NCBI GenBank assembly: GCA_044070495.1
Contig: JBIPSI010000006.1
Span: 115,363 to 179,362, forward strand
Length of the DNA stretch: 64,000 nt
Direction: 5' to 3'
DNA from: Spirulina sp.
GTDB lineage: Bacteria; Cyanobacteriota; Cyanobacteriia; Phormidesmidales; Phormidesmidaceae
Below the pieces are notes generated by a model. That model searched no databases, was not told the origin of the DNA, and saw only the letters and a list, made by a program, of their open reading frames with translations. The position numbers and the translations under genes are program-made. Of this stretch, positions 30,701 through 41,482 are shown one piece after another. Each line of letters opens with the position of its first letter. The first letter of the stretch is position 1.

Positions 30701-32266
30701 CTAGCTGGAGGTCAGCGGGGCGGGTGGGGCAGGGGCGGGGGCTAAGGGGGGCGGTGGTGCTACGGCATCTGGGGCCGGTGGAGCCACGGGGGCAGGGGCG
30801 GAAGGGGGCGCGGGGGCGGGATCGGGGCTGCTCTGAATGGGGGCGGGAGTTGAATCCTGATCGGCCTCTCGAGGAACAACGGGCAGGTCTGAATCGACCG
30901 TTGGCGCTGGCTTTGCTGGCACGTCGGGGATGTCATTATTTCGGAATTCATCCCTCTCCTCACCCATCGCCGGGGAAACGGGGTCGGGGGCCAGGAGGGG
31001 ATCCTGGGGACGAACGACGGGATCTGGCGTAGGGGCGGTGGGAGCTACCCTATCGAGGGTCTGCGAAGGTCGAAGCTGGGGGCTGGCTGGGGACTCTGGG
31101 GATGGGTTAAGGCGGTCGCCAAGGCGAGAGCGCCGCCCTTCGACGGTGGGATTGTCGAACCCTGGGCTGGTGCTATTCCAGTTGGGCAGCGGCGGAAAGG
31201 CTTGGTTAGGGTTAAAGCGGGTTTGGGCGGCGGGGCTGGCGGGGTGGAGACGAGCCTGGAGACCAAAGGCGATTCCCCCTACCCCAAACACTAAGCCTGT
31301 GGCCAAAAGAGCCCAGGTGATTCTAGGCCCTCGTTGCCTGGCCTGGGGCTGACTTGGCCCAGGGATGACCGGGTTGGAAGACTGGAGAGGTCGATCCACC
31401 GTAGCCACTGCAACCCTAGTCGCCACAGCCATAGTACTCTCCGCCTGTACAGGATGGTTTGGGGCTGTGGTGTTAGAGAAGGGGCGCGGGGATGGGCGCG
31501 TTGACTCTGAAACCCGATGAGCGACCCCATCCGCCACCGGGAGACTGGCGGGCTGGGGCAACAGCGCTAACCACTGGTCGAGCTTGGGGGGGTGGGCTGG
31601 GGAGGTTCGCTCCCACTGAAACAGCGCATCGAGGCTGGTGGGTAGTTCTGGCCGCCGATAGCGGAGGTCAACGGCGAGGGGGGCTTGGGCGGCCCGCTGC
31701 CCCGTTAACAGGAAATATAGAAGCTCGGTCAGCCCCCGCACGATCTCCGCCTCATCCCCCGCAGCCTCTAGCCGGGATGAGGGAAAGTCAAATCCGGTCA
31801 GGGTCAGCGATCCCCCTGGGCCTTGCCACACCTGATCCGGAGTAATTCGTAGGCCAGCCCAGCCCAAGGGCCGCAGGGTTTGGAGCGCCTGGGCCAGCGT
31901 TTGGATAATCGTCAGACTAGGGGCTAGGGGGCGAGGACTTTGCGGTGTAATGCTTTGGCTAAGGGGTGAACCTTGAGGCAGGGAAAAGGTTTGGTAGCAA
32001 ACCCGATCTTCCTCAAAGCCTCGCAGGTTTTTGGGAATAAACGCCTGATCAATCTGGTTGAGGGTATCTAGGGATTGGTAAAAGGCATCGCGCTGGGCCG
32101 AGTCCGGCAGTGCCTCCGGGTGGCGACTGCCCAACACCCGCACCAAGACCCACTGACCACTGGGCACATGGGTGGCCAGGTATAGCGGCCCAATGCTGTC
32201 TTCCCCGTGGAGGGCATCAATCACGTAGGTGCCGTTCTGGAGCGCTGTACCAAGGGCTAGGGTCAT
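30701..32266 (-). CDS. membrane-anchored Ser/Thr pseudokinase with Pro-rich C-terminus
   Basis: GTALQNGTYVID kinase N-lobe start; catalytic motifs replaced (GLRITPDQV, TGFD); one TM; Pro-rich tail. Confidence 0.65.
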   Translation of the reverse strand: MTLALGTALQNGTYVIDALHGEDSIGPLYLATHVPSGQWVLVRVLGSRHPEALPDSAQRDAFYQSLDTLNQIDQAFIPKNLRGFEEDRVCYQTFSLPQGSPLSQSITPQSPRPLAPSLTIIQTLAQALQTLRPLGWAGLRITPDQVWQGPGGSLTLTGFDFPSSRLEAAGDEAEIVRGLTELLYFLLTGQRAAQAPLAVDLRYRRPELPTSLDALFQWERTSPAHPPKLDQWLALLPQPASLPVADGVAHRVSESTRPSPRPFSNTTAPNHPVQAESTMAVATRVAVATVDRPLQSSNPVIPGPSQPQARQRGPRITWALLATGLVFGVGGIAFGLQARLHPASPAAQTRFNPNQAFPPLPNWNSTSPGFDNPTVEGRRSRLGDRLNPSPESPASPQLRPSQTLDRVAPTAPTPDPVVRPQDPLLAPDPVSPAMGEERDEFRNNDIPDVPAKPAPTVDSDLPVVPREADQDSTPAPIQSSPDPAPAPPSAPAPVAPPAPDAVAPPPPLAPAPAPPAPLTSS

Positions 32267-32301
32267 AGGGTTCGTTCGGGGACATATCCCCAGGTGCTGA
32301 G

Positions 32302-35300
32302 CTAGGGTAAATTCTTTGCTACTTTAACCTGTCCTACGTCCTTCTGGGGCGGGGGCGAGGACAGTGGATAGTGCTGGGCCAGAAATTGCTGGGCCTCCTC
32401 CAGGGTGAGGATTTTTCCGTCTAACTGGGCGGCTAGCAGGGCCGCCAGCATGGGGCTAAATTGGCGACCGGGTTTATAGCCCAACGCCTTTAAGGTATCG
32501 CCATTAACCAAAGGTTCCACCGTGCGATCTTGGGTGAGGTAGCGCCAAATCACCGGGCCAAGGGTGCGGGGATGGCGGGCACTCACTAATAGCAACGTAG
32601 CGAGATCCACCGAGGCAAAGGTGGTATACCGCTGGCTAGGGCGCAGGGGTGGGATTATCGTCGCCAGCCATTTCGTTTCCAGATCGTCCAGGTGGGCCAG
32701 TCGCTGAATGCTGGTCTCTGTTAGTTGTAGGGCGGCGGCAATGTCATGACGCTGACCGGGGGACAGGGTGGCCAGCAGCACCTCCAGCCTGAGCTGCCAT
32801 GGGCTACAGCGTTCCGTCCAATCAAACCGATCCAGCCAGCGACTCACCCGCCGCAACTGGTGCCACAGGGTCGGCGTCATCGCCAAATCGCTGTGGATGC
32901 AGCGCAAAGCCCGCAATCGATCCAGCAATTCCAGCGCCCCCGGCCAGTAGTGGGCCTCTAGGATGTACTTCAACTCATTTTTAAGGCGCACTTGCAGAGC
33001 AGGCACCCGTTTCACCTGGCGCTGCATCTGGGCATAGACGCCGCTGTCAATCGCGTGGTGAATGTAGCCCTCGGTCTGGCTATCCAGGCTGAATCCTAGG
33101 CGCACCGCAAATCGCACCGCTCGGTAAATGCGGGTGGGGTCTTCGATAAAACTATTGGGATGCAGCACCCGCACCTGGCGATTGCGCAGGTCAATCAGCC
33201 CACCGAAATAATCCAGCAGTTGCCCTTGGCCAGGATTCGTCAGCCGCAGGGCCATGGCGTTAATAGTGAAATCCCGACGGTAGAGATCCTGCTGAATGGA
33301 GCTGGCCTCCACTTCAGGGTTAGCAGCCGGATAGGGGTAGAACTCGGTGCGGGCGGTGGCAATGTCGATCATCAGCCCCGCCAGGGGATGCTCCAACTCC
33401 CTCCGCCACACCAAGGATGCCGTTTGAAACCGACCATGCACCTGAATATCGACCTCCGGGAATTGGGCCTTGATCTGCTCCGCCAGCACCATGCCAGCCC
33501 CCACCTGGGCGGTTTTGTAAAACCCATCCACCACCAGATCCAAATCGGGCAGGCTCACCCCTTCGGTCGCCGGAACCGTATCCCGCTGAATCAGCAAATC
33601 CCGCACCGCACCGCCCACTAGATAGAGATGCCAGCCCCGATCCTGGGCCGCTGTGGAAATCTGGGTGAGGATCTCCCACAGGCTTGGTTTCAGGCGTTGC
33701 GCCAAAACCTCTGTCAGTGGGGGCACTGGGGGCAGTTGCGGCTGGCCGGGGGTGGGCCGGGGCGATCCCGTCATCCGCTGCACCTGATGTAGGTGGCGCA
33801 ACAGATCGGTACGGGTGACGATGCCCACCAGCGCCCTATCCTGCAACACGGGCAAGCGGCCAATGTCGTAGGTCACCATCAATTCCTCAATTTCGCTGAG
33901 GGAGGTTTCTGGGGTGATGGTCTTGAGATTGGTGGCCATGTAGCCCTTCACCGGGGCGTGGCTGAAGCCGTGGTGCAGGGCAATATCCAAATCTCGCCGC
34001 GAAATCACCCCCACCAGGGCATCCGCCGCATCCACCACCGACAGCCCCGAATGGCCGTAGCGCAGCAAAATCCGCTGGGCCTCGCCAATGGTGGTTTCGG
34101 GCCGAATCGTCCGCACCGGAGAAGACATCAAATCGCGGGCGGTGGGCGGCTTCGGGAACTGCAAGCGGGCCTGATCCAACACCTTGGCCATCACCTGCTC
34201 CGGCGCATCCGTGGTGAGATTGGCCGAAGCCGCCGTGGGGTGTCCGCCACCGCCAATCGGTTTAAACAGTGATCCCCAGTCAATGCCCTGTCCCGGTTCC
34301 TGACCAAGCCCCTGATTCATCCTAGATTCGGCTGGTTTGCCCCCGCTATCAGTGGGCGAGGAGACCTCGCCCCTACGGTTGGTTGGGTTGGGAATCGGGG
34401 TTTTCCAATTCGGATTGGGTATCCGTGATTGATCAATGCCAAGCCCTTGGTCATGGCCCTGATCCGATTTAAGATCCTGTTTCAAAGCGTGCTTAAGGCT
34501 CACCTGTCCTTGGGCACGACCAATTAATAGAAGCTTACGCAACGGCGTTTCGCCATCGGAGCCAAGTTCCTTGCCGGGATAGTGCGCCCCAAACAGCAGG
34601 GCATCCACATCGGCCAGGGAAATCAGCCGTTCCGCCACCCCCGACAAGCCTGGAATATAGCGATCCACCGTCAGCAGCACCGAGGCTAGGGTACTGCCCT
34701 GGATGTCCACGACAACCATTCGCTCCATCGCCGCCGTCAGCAGGTCTTGCAAGTTCGGAGTTAGGCCCGGTTCCACAAACTCCGCAATCACGGGCACACT
34801 CGCCCCCTGGGCCATCAGCCAAGCTAGGGCTTCTGCATCCCGCACCGTGGCCGTTTCAAACAGCAGCGACCCCGTATCCACATGGACGCCCAGGGCCATC
34901 ACCGTCGCCTCCGCCACCGTGGGCACAATGCCCTGCCGCTGCATCGCCTCCACCACCAGGGTGCTGGCTGAACCGACGGTTTCAATCACTGTTTTGTCAG
35001 CAGGAACGGCCTTCTCCGTGGCGGGATGGTGGTCATAAATCGTAATGGGAATGTGGCGAGACAGAGCCAGATCAATCCACTCCGCCGCAGGGCCAAACCG
35101 ATGGGGCAACTGGGCATCCACCAGGGTCAGAGAACGAATTTGATTTGGGTTTACCGCCCGTCGCTCAATCAGGGGATATTCATCCCGATGCAGGGCCACA
35201 AACCGCTGTACCGTGGGATGACAGCCCCCCGTCAGCACCACCCGCGCCCCCGGTTGCAGCCGCGCCAACCCCACGGCGGCCCCCAGGGTGTCAAAATCGG

Positions 35301-35328
35301 CGGTGGTGTGGCATAGCACTAAGTCCAT
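32302..35328 (-). CDS. DHH-DHHA1-CBS-nucleotidyltransferase fusion (tRNA nucleotidyltransferase, probably A-adding type)
   Basis: CHTTADFD, YDHH, GGGGH, CBS pair, GGAVRD..DLDLVV, ARTEFY, DLYRRDFTINAMA, EDPTRI. Confidence 0.9.
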   Translation of the reverse strand: MDLVLCHTTADFDTLGAAVGLARLQPGARVVLTGGCHPTVQRFVALHRDEYPLIERRAVNPNQIRSLTLVDAQLPHRFGPAAEWIDLALSRHIPITIYDHHPATEKAVPADKTVIETVGSASTLVVEAMQRQGIVPTVAEATVMALGVHVDTGSLLFETATVRDAEALAWLMAQGASVPVIAEFVEPGLTPNLQDLLTAAMERMVVVDIQGSTLASVLLTVDRYIPGLSGVAERLISLADVDALLFGAHYPGKELGSDGETPLRKLLLIGRAQGQVSLKHALKQDLKSDQGHDQGLGIDQSRIPNPNWKTPIPNPTNRRGEVSSPTDSGGKPAESRMNQGLGQEPGQGIDWGSLFKPIGGGGHPTAASANLTTDAPEQVMAKVLDQARLQFPKPPTARDLMSSPVRTIRPETTIGEAQRILLRYGHSGLSVVDAADALVGVISRRDLDIALHHGFSHAPVKGYMATNLKTITPETSLSEIEELMVTYDIGRLPVLQDRALVGIVTRTDLLRHLHQVQRMTGSPRPTPGQPQLPPVPPLTEVLAQRLKPSLWEILTQISTAAQDRGWHLYLVGGAVRDLLIQRDTVPATEGVSLPDLDLVVDGFYKTAQVGAGMVLAEQIKAQFPEVDIQVHGRFQTASLVWRRELEHPLAGLMIDIATARTEFYPYPAANPEVEASSIQQDLYRRDFTINAMALRLTNPGQGQLLDYFGGLIDLRNRQVRVLHPNSFIEDPTRIYRAVRFAVRLGFSLDSQTEGYIHHAIDSGVYAQMQRQVKRVPALQVRLKNELKYILEAHYWPGALELLDRLRALRCIHSDLAMTPTLWHQLRRVSRWLDRFDWTERCSPWQLRLEVLLATLSPGQRHDIAAALQLTETSIQRLAHLDDLETKWLATIIPPLRPSQRYTTFASVDLATLLLVSARHPRTLGPVIWRYLTQDRTVEPLVNGDTLKALGYKPGRQFSPMLAALLAAQLDGKILTLEEAQQFLAQHYPLSSPPPQKDVGQVKVAKNLP
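34317..34422. repeat. family C MITE/REP-like element embedded in-frame in the nucleotidyltransferase CDS
   Basis: gggcgaggagacctcgcccctacgg...gggttttccaattcggattgggtat matches the intergenic copy at 43319-43389. Confidence 0.65.
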
Positions 35329-35616
35329 ATCGGTTTCCCAAGGGACACGCTTTCTGATAGCTTACTAATTGAGATCACTGTGGCAACTTGCCTTGCCCTA
35401 CTCAAGGTTAGAGGGTTTCAGCCCATTGCTTTGCTCCGGTTTTGCTGTCGCCGCCCAGCTTGGTCGAGGGCAGCGGTCTAAACTGGAACCTGTGGCGCTC
35501 AATCCTTCCCTAAAGGCGCTTCCCAGGGTAAACCAGCTTAGCTGGAAGAATTAGGGGCGCTGGCTTGAGGGCGTGGTGTCTTAAATCCCCTGCTGTGTTT
35601 AAGAGAGAGATTTTAG

Positions 35617-35805
35617 ATGGTCATCCTGTTTCAGCTTGCCCTATTCGCCCTGGTTCTGATGTCCTTCGTGCTGGTGGTGTACGTCCCTGTGGCCTACGCC
35701 TCTCCCCAAAACTGGGATCAGTCTAAAAAGCTCATTCTGTTCGGCTCGATCATCTGGGGCGTGCTGGTGGTTTTGGTCGGTGGCCTCAACTACTTCGTGG
35801 TCTAA
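35617..35805 (+). CDS. psbZ: photosystem II protein Z
   Basis: 62 aa, FQLAL.ALV..SF.LVV.VPV.YASP..W..SK. Confidence 0.95.
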   Translation: MVILFQLALFALVLMSFVLVVYVPVAYASPQNWDQSKKLILFGSIIWGVLVVLVGGLNYFVV

Positions 35806-35831
35806 GCCCAATGGCCTGACACGCTTTTCAC

Positions 35832-35916
35832 ATAGGTTGGGTGCAGCGAAGCGAAACCCAACACCCGCCGAGAACTTAGGGCTTGTTGGGTTCTGCTAAC
35901 GCGCCACCCAACCTAC
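35832..35916. repeat. REP-like paired hairpin, family D (TAGGTTGGGT...AACCCAAC / GTTGGGTT...ACCCAACCTAC)
   Basis: Second copy at 53549-53628. Confidence 0.8.
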
Positions 35917-35995
35917 GCAATACCAAGTTTTTTTCGGAGTAGTGTCAGTTAGTCAAGGTCTAAGCCCTTTCAAGAAACATAGTTCAAGGATTTTC

Positions 35996-36565
35996 ATGGC
36001 GGTATTTGAAGGCACCTTTGCAGCGGCAGACTCGTTTCGGTTCGCCATTGTGATTGGGCGATTTAACGATCTGGTGACGGGTAAGCTGCTGGCGGGGTGC
36101 CAAGACTGCCTCAAGCGCCATGGCGTAGACCCCAGTCCTGAGGGCAATCAGGTGGATTACGCCTGGGTTCCCGGCAGCTTCGAGATTCCCCTCGTTGCCC
36201 GTCAGCTCGCCTTGAGCGGACGCTACGACGCCATCATCTGTCTGGGGGCGGTCATTCGGGGCCAAACTCCCCATTTTGACTACGTTTCCGCAGAGGTGTC
36301 TAAGGGCATTGCGGCGGCGGGCTTCCAAACCGGGGTGCCCATCGTCTTTGGCGTCCTTACTACCGACACCCTCCAGCAGGCCCTAGAGCGGGCAGGCATC
36401 AAGGCCAACCACGGTTGGGACTATGCCATGAGCGCCCTCGAAATGGCCAGCCTGATGAAGCAAATTCGTCGGGTCTCTGGCACAGGGACTTCTGGAGCCA
36501 TGCTCCCTGGCCATGGGGGCACCGTCGTCGAAGCCAGCTCGACCATGATCTCCGACGCCGTTTAG
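35996..36565 (+). CDS. ribH: 6,7-dimethyl-8-ribityllumazine synthase
   Basis: [38 protein letters not shown]. Confidence 0.96.
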   Translation: MAVFEGTFAAADSFRFAIVIGRFNDLVTGKLLAGCQDCLKRHGVDPSPEGNQVDYAWVPGSFEIPLVARQLALSGRYDAIICLGAVIRGQTPHFDYVSAEVSKGIAAAGFQTGVPIVFGVLTTDTLQQALERAGIKANHGWDYAMSALEMASLMKQIRRVSGTGTSGAMLPGHGGTVVEASSTMISDAV

Positions 36566-36594
36566 GCGACTTCAAGAAAAAATCTCAAAAGGTA

Positions 36595-36623
36595 TTGACA
36601 TTTACGTTACTTTTTGAGATTCT
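36595..36623 (+). promoter_or_regulatory. sigma70-type promoter of tRNA-Gly
   Basis: TTGACA-17 nt-GATTCT with TG upstream of the -10. Confidence 0.5.
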
Positions 36624-36681
36624 AGGTAAGGTCAAAACCGAAACACTTAAGAAATTCTTAACAACTGCTTCGGTTTTACAT

Positions 36682-36753
36682 GCGGGTATAGCTCAGCGGT
36701 AGAGCGTCACCTTGCCAAGGTGAATGTCGCGCGTTCGAATCGCGTTACCCGCT
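36682..36753 (+). tRNA. tRNA-Gly(GCC)
   Basis: GCGGGTA...TAGCTCAGCGGTAGAGC; anticodon arm CACC-TTGCCAA-GGTG; GTTCGAATC; CCA not encoded. Confidence 0.96.
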
Positions 36754-36961
36754 TATTAAAACAATAAGGAAATCTCTGGAAAACGTCCTCCCTCTCATGG
36801 TGGCCAGTGCCCACCCCACGGTGGCTGTAGTCCCCGTTTAAAGCAGGGATCTTCTTTCCTAGAAATCTCCTAACCCATGTCGCTCACGCCGCTCCCCACC
36901 ACGAAGATGTGGCCCTAGGGGCTTGGCTGGTTCCGTCAAAATCTTCTTAAAATTGGCTCAT

Positions 36962-37741
36962 TCACCGATATCCTGCCATTTTTAGGATTTCCTCTAGCCA
37001 GGACTGCATCTCAGGGGAGAGGGCGGGTACAGGATCGGCATGATAGTCGAGAATCACCGACAGGCCGGATCGATCCAGCACGGTTTGTAAGAGGTGATCT
37101 AGGTTGACGACGGGTTCGCCATGGCCCGGTTTGAGGGGCACAGCAAAGGGAGGAATGGGGTCTGTCAGGTTAAAGGGATACAGTTCGGCCTGGGGCCGCC
37201 GTTCCTGCCGACTGACCACCAGGCGATAGTCGCTGTTGCCTCCGGCCCCTGCCATGGGCATGGCGGCCCCGCTGCGGAGTAAATCAATTTCGACTAAATG
37301 AGTATGGCTACCTAGCACTAAATCACGCTTTTGCAGATAAGATTCTCGGCCTCGCCCTGGCCGCTTGTTGGCGGGGGAAAGCACCTCAATCACCGTCACC
37401 ACCGTTTGGGTGGCCACCTCGCGCACCTCTAGATAGCCTTCCTGCACCTCAATGGGCATGGGCAACATCACCGCTATGGGCTGCGCCACGGGGGCCAACC
37501 TTGCCGTAGAAAACGCCCTTGGCATCGCTCGTGCCGCCGTCACCGACACATCGGGAATGCCGATCAGCAGGGCATCATCGCCACTGAGCTGGTAGACCCG
37601 TTTTTCAATGGCGACTCGGTAGGTGGGGAGTAACTGGGGGTTGAGGGTTTCGGCCAGTAGACTAATCAGCAGATGGTGAACCTCTGGCCACAGGTCAGGG
37701 TTTTCTAGGTAGGGGTTCATCCCCGGAAATGGCAGCGGCAT
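36962..37741 (-). CDS. DUF4058 family protein
   Basis: MP.PFPGMNPYLE.PD.W..VH, IEVLSP.NK, HLVEIDLLR. Confidence 0.88.
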   Translation of the reverse strand: MPLPFPGMNPYLENPDLWPEVHHLLISLLAETLNPQLLPTYRVAIEKRVYQLSGDDALLIGIPDVSVTAARAMPRAFSTARLAPVAQPIAVMLPMPIEVQEGYLEVREVATQTVVTVIEVLSPANKRPGRGRESYLQKRDLVLGSHTHLVEIDLLRSGAAMPMAGAGGNSDYRLVVSRQERRPQAELYPFNLTDPIPPFAVPLKPGHGEPVVNLDHLLQTVLDRSGLSVILDYHADPVPALSPEMQSWLEEILKMAGYR

Positions 37742-37825
37742 GGAACCAAGATCCCTAGCAGTTGCTTTGATTGTAAGGCGAGGATCGGGGGCTAACCTAG
37801 CGGTGTTTCAGGACTAGGAATGTGC

Positions 37826-38041
37826 CTAGGCCGAGGCTAATCGATGGGAGGCATGGTAAGGGCGACATCCGCCTGGGTTTTCGGTGGGCAGGATAAACTC
37901 GATGCGTTCCCGTTGCAGGGCAAGGCTGTCTTGCACCCGGAAGATAAATTCGCCGTAGTCGGCCATGTCGTCCAAATTCAGCAGGGTGAGGACGACTTCG
38001 GCAAAGAGCCACATCAGGCCACGGCTGAGTAGATTGTTCAT
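37826..38041 (-). CDS. small conserved hypothetical protein
   Basis: WL.AEV.L.LLNLDD.ADY.EF motif; GGAGG ribosome-binding site upstream. Confidence 0.6.
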   Translation of the reverse strand: MNNLLSRGLMWLFAEVVLTLLNLDDMADYGEFIFRVQDSLALQRERIEFILPTENPGGCRPYHASHRLASA

Positions 38042-38267
38042 GACATCCTCCGATCCATCTGGGGTAAGGCGGGGGCAGACGGCCTGGGAATTTCGTATCC
38101 GTTCGCTCCGCTGGGTGACGATTGCGCTAGGGCAATGATTGAGAACTCTGTAAATAATCTTCACTTATGTTAACGATAAGCAGCAGTCATATCCCATGGG
38201 CAAAGGTACGGATGTCTAGGGCGAGTGGATCGGCTTTTCGCCCCTTGTTACGGAAAATTACGGGACT

Positions 38268-38436
38268 CAGATCCCAGGGTTCTGGTTGGGGAATGCAGGG
38301 TTATCGTCGAAGTCTTAAAGAACCCTGGGATCTCTTGCTGCGCTATGCCTTCAGATCCCAGAGTTCTGGTTGGGGAATGCAGGGTTATCGTCCAAGTCCT
38401 AAAGAACCCTGGGATCTCATTTGAACCCTGGGATCT
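38268..38436. repeat. family A inverted-repeat units, tandemly duplicated (84 bp period)
   Basis: Arms at 38268, 38319, 38352, 38403 plus an orphan arm at 38424; spacers ggttggggaatgcagggttatcgtc identical. Confidence 0.88.
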
Positions 38437-38505
38437 CTTAGGCTTTACGGCCACGTTGCCCCTTAAAATAGGGGCTTGTCCCTTGTTGAGAGTGCAGGTA
38501 ACCCC

Positions 38506-39948
38506 ATGACTGTCCGTGTTCGCATTGCCCCCAGCCCCACCGGGAATCTGCACATTGGTACGGCCCGCACCGCTGTGTTTAACTGGCTGTTTGCCCGCCA
38601 CGAAGGGGGCCAGTTCATTCTGCGGGTGGAAGACACCGACGAGGAACGCTCCAAGCCGGAATTTACCGAGAACATTCTGTCGGGGCTGCGCTGGCTGGGC
38701 ATGGATTGGGACGAGGGGCCGTTTTTCCAATCCCAGCGGCTGGATCTCTATCGACAGGCGATTCAAACTCTACTGGATAAGGGCTTAGCCTATCGCGCCT
38801 ACGACACCCCCGAAGAATTAGACGCCATGCGCGAGGCCCAGAAGGCCAAGGGACAAGCCCCCCGCTACGACAACCGCCACCGGGATTTGCCCCCAGAACA
38901 ACAGGCGGCCTTTGAGGCGGAGGGGCGTCCGGCGGTGATTCGTTTCAAAATTGACGACAGTCGCACGATTACCTGGAACGACCTGGTGCGCGGCCCCGTC
39001 ACTTGGCAGGCCAGCGACCTGGGTGGCGATATGGTGGTGGCGCGGGCCTCTTCGGCGAACACCATCGGTCAGCCCTTGTATAACCTGGCGGTGGTGGTGG
39101 ATGACATCGACATGGCTATCACCCACGTGATCCGAGGGGAAGACCACATTGCTAATACGGCGAAGCAGATTTTGCTGTACGAAGCCTTGGGGGCTACGGT
39201 GCCCATGTTTTCCCATACGCCGCTGATTTTGAACCAAACCGGCCAAAAACTCTCCAAGCGGGATGGGGTCACGTCTATTTCTGATTTTCAGAAGATGGGC
39301 TTTGTTGCTCCTGCCCTGGCGAATTATATGACCCTGTTGGGCTGGTCGGCCCCCGACGCCAACGAGCGCTTCACCCTGGAAGAGGCCGCCAAGTTGTTCA
39401 GCTTTGATCGGGTCAACAAGGCCGGGGCCAAGTTCGACTGGGACAAGCTGGACTGGCTGAACAGCCAATACCTGCACGACATGGAACCCGCTGCCCTGCT
39501 GGATCTGGTGCTGCCCTACTTCCAAGAAGCAGGATACACCGTAGATGCCGACGCAGATCGGGACTGGCTGCTGTTGCTGATGGCGATGATTGGCCCTAGT
39601 CTGACTCGGTTGACCGATGCCGTGGAGCAAAGCCGCTTCTTCTTTACCGCCACCCTGCCCTTTGCCGACGATGCCAAGGCCCAGTTGCAGCTTGAAGGCG
39701 TGGCCCCGGTGATTCAAGGCATTTTGGACGGTCTGACGAGTCAAAACCCGGCCAGCCTGGACGACCTGAAAACCCTGGTGAACGAGGTAACCAAGGCCCA
39801 GGGGGTGAAAAAGGGTCTGGTGATGAAATCCATGCGGGCCGCGTTGATGGGTGCCCTGCAAGGCCCAGATTTGATGGAATCCTGGGCGATTTTGCGCCAG
39901 CGTGGGTTTGATGTAGATCGTCTCAAGGAAGCTCTGACGCTAGTTTAG
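38506..39948 (+). CDS. gltX: glutamate--tRNA ligase
   Basis: [28 protein letters not shown]. Confidence 0.97.
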   Translation: MTVRVRIAPSPTGNLHIGTARTAVFNWLFARHEGGQFILRVEDTDEERSKPEFTENILSGLRWLGMDWDEGPFFQSQRLDLYRQAIQTLLDKGLAYRAYDTPEELDAMREAQKAKGQAPRYDNRHRDLPPEQQAAFEAEGRPAVIRFKIDDSRTITWNDLVRGPVTWQASDLGGDMVVARASSANTIGQPLYNLAVVVDDIDMAITHVIRGEDHIANTAKQILLYEALGATVPMFSHTPLILNQTGQKLSKRDGVTSISDFQKMGFVAPALANYMTLLGWSAPDANERFTLEEAAKLFSFDRVNKAGAKFDWDKLDWLNSQYLHDMEPAALLDLVLPYFQEAGYTVDADADRDWLLLLMAMIGPSLTRLTDAVEQSRFFFTATLPFADDAKAQLQLEGVAPVIQGILDGLTSQNPASLDDLKTLVNEVTKAQGVKKGLVMKSMRAALMGALQGPDLMESWAILRQRGFDVDRLKEALTLV

Positions 39949-40386
39949 CCATGGATAACATGGATAAACAGGGGTTTGGCGTTGCTGAAGAATCCTAGAA
40001 GAGCGCGGCAATTCTGAAGAGATTCAACCTGTACCGTGTTTAATTCACACGCTGATTGAGGAAAGTCAGGCATTTCAAACGCCAGTACCGTAGGGATTGT
40101 CTACGTGAATTCACATGGTAATGGCCGTTCTAGGGTGCTTGCGCCTATGGCAATTTGCGGATTCTAACGATAGCCATACCGAGAAAACACAGCCATGCTA
40201 GGGGCAGCCCTGGTTAGTTAACACAAGATTCTGCACCGGGGGCGGCAACCGCGCTCCTAAAGTACCTAGGGATCCTGTGGGGACAGGTCTTCTGGCCTTC
40301 GGATCGATCTAGGTTTTAGCAAGTTTTGTCAGTTAGCCAGGAAGAAGACTGAGCCTGTTTATCTTTAGAAATCCAAAAATCACACC

Positions 40387-41163
40387 ATGACCCATCAACA
40401 TTTTCTATCGCGAGTTACGGCAAAAGTTCCTTGGGCCATTGTTGGGGCGGGGGCGCTATCTTCCCTGGCCATTGTTTCTAGCCCTGCCCAGGCCATCTCC
40501 TTTGTGCCCCAGCAAGAGGGGGAAGTGAATGTTGGTTTTACCTCCGCCCTTGGGGGGGGAGACTACCTAAACCTTGGCTCCCTAATTTCCTCCGTAGAGA
40601 GCTTGGTTGATCCCTCCACGGGCACCCAAAGTCGCCTATTTGTAGACCGCGCTGGCACCAACAATACCTACGGGGGTATCCGTTTCCTCGCCAAGGATAT
40701 CGGCACCTCCGAAGGGTCGGGCGACTTTTGGTTTCGGCCAGTGGCCATGGCGGCCAACGGCATTAGTCCCCTCGTGGAAAATGGCCAGTTGGAAGTGGGA
40801 CTGTTTAAGTTCAACTTCGCCACGGTGATTCAAGAACTCAACATTAGCTGGTTCGACACCGAGTTTTTGAATGCCTCCGCAGGGCAGGGAACGAGCTATA
40901 CCGTCGAGTATGCCGATGGTTCCACAGCCAGCGAGTTTATTCGTGCTGGTGCTAACAACAACATCCAGAACACGACCCTCAGCAATGTGTCGTCAATTAC
41001 CCTTAACCTGGGTGAGCGTCGGGGTAGCACGGGCGATGGGGTCAATTTCCAAATGGATGGGGTTCCGGCCCCGGCAGATGTGCCTGAACCCTCGATGCTG
41101 CTAGGGTTGGGTGCTCTGGTCGCGGCTGGTGTGGTGCAACGGCGACGCACCGTCCAGAACTAG
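40387..41163 (+). CDS. LEVG family PEP-CTERM protein
   Basis: Signal PAQA, GQLEVG, C-terminal VPEP + TM + RRR. Confidence 0.88.
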   Translation: MTHQHFLSRVTAKVPWAIVGAGALSSLAIVSSPAQAISFVPQQEGEVNVGFTSALGGGDYLNLGSLISSVESLVDPSTGTQSRLFVDRAGTNNTYGGIRFLAKDIGTSEGSGDFWFRPVAMAANGISPLVENGQLEVGLFKFNFATVIQELNISWFDTEFLNASAGQGTSYTVEYADGSTASEFIRAGANNNIQNTTLSNVSSITLNLGERRGSTGDGVNFQMDGVPAPADVPEPSMLLGLGALVAAGVVQRRRTVQN

Positions 41164-41231
41164 CTGGTCACTGCACAGACCCGAAAAGGTAAGGGTCTGT
41201 CTCGTCCTGTTCTCTCTGATGAGGCGTATCG

Positions 41232-41265
41232 AAGGCTGTCCCTAGTTTTTGGGGTAGCCTTTTTT
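41232..41265 (+). terminator. intrinsic terminator
   Basis: aaggctgtccctag-tttt-tggggtagcc followed by a T run. Confidence 0.6.
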
Positions 41266-41482
41266 CGTAAAAAAAATCCCCAGCCCTAGGGCCGAGGACT
41301 TCATCAGGGTGCATCTACCTCTCTATAGTTCGGCGGTGGGCAAAGGGATCAGGATAGTTTGTGGGGTTGTCTGGCCAAATTTACTTGGGATCAGATGGTG
41401 CTGGGATCAGATTGTTTTGGAAAACGCCTAGGAATTCTTGAAGTCGCGCTATGGTGATCCATGGAAATCCAAAAGTCCCGCT

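Noticed and set aside
36682..37741. tRNA-Gly or tRNA-Arg as integration site of a prophage/ICE
   Set aside because: No integrase and no duplicated tRNA 3' end seen in the window.
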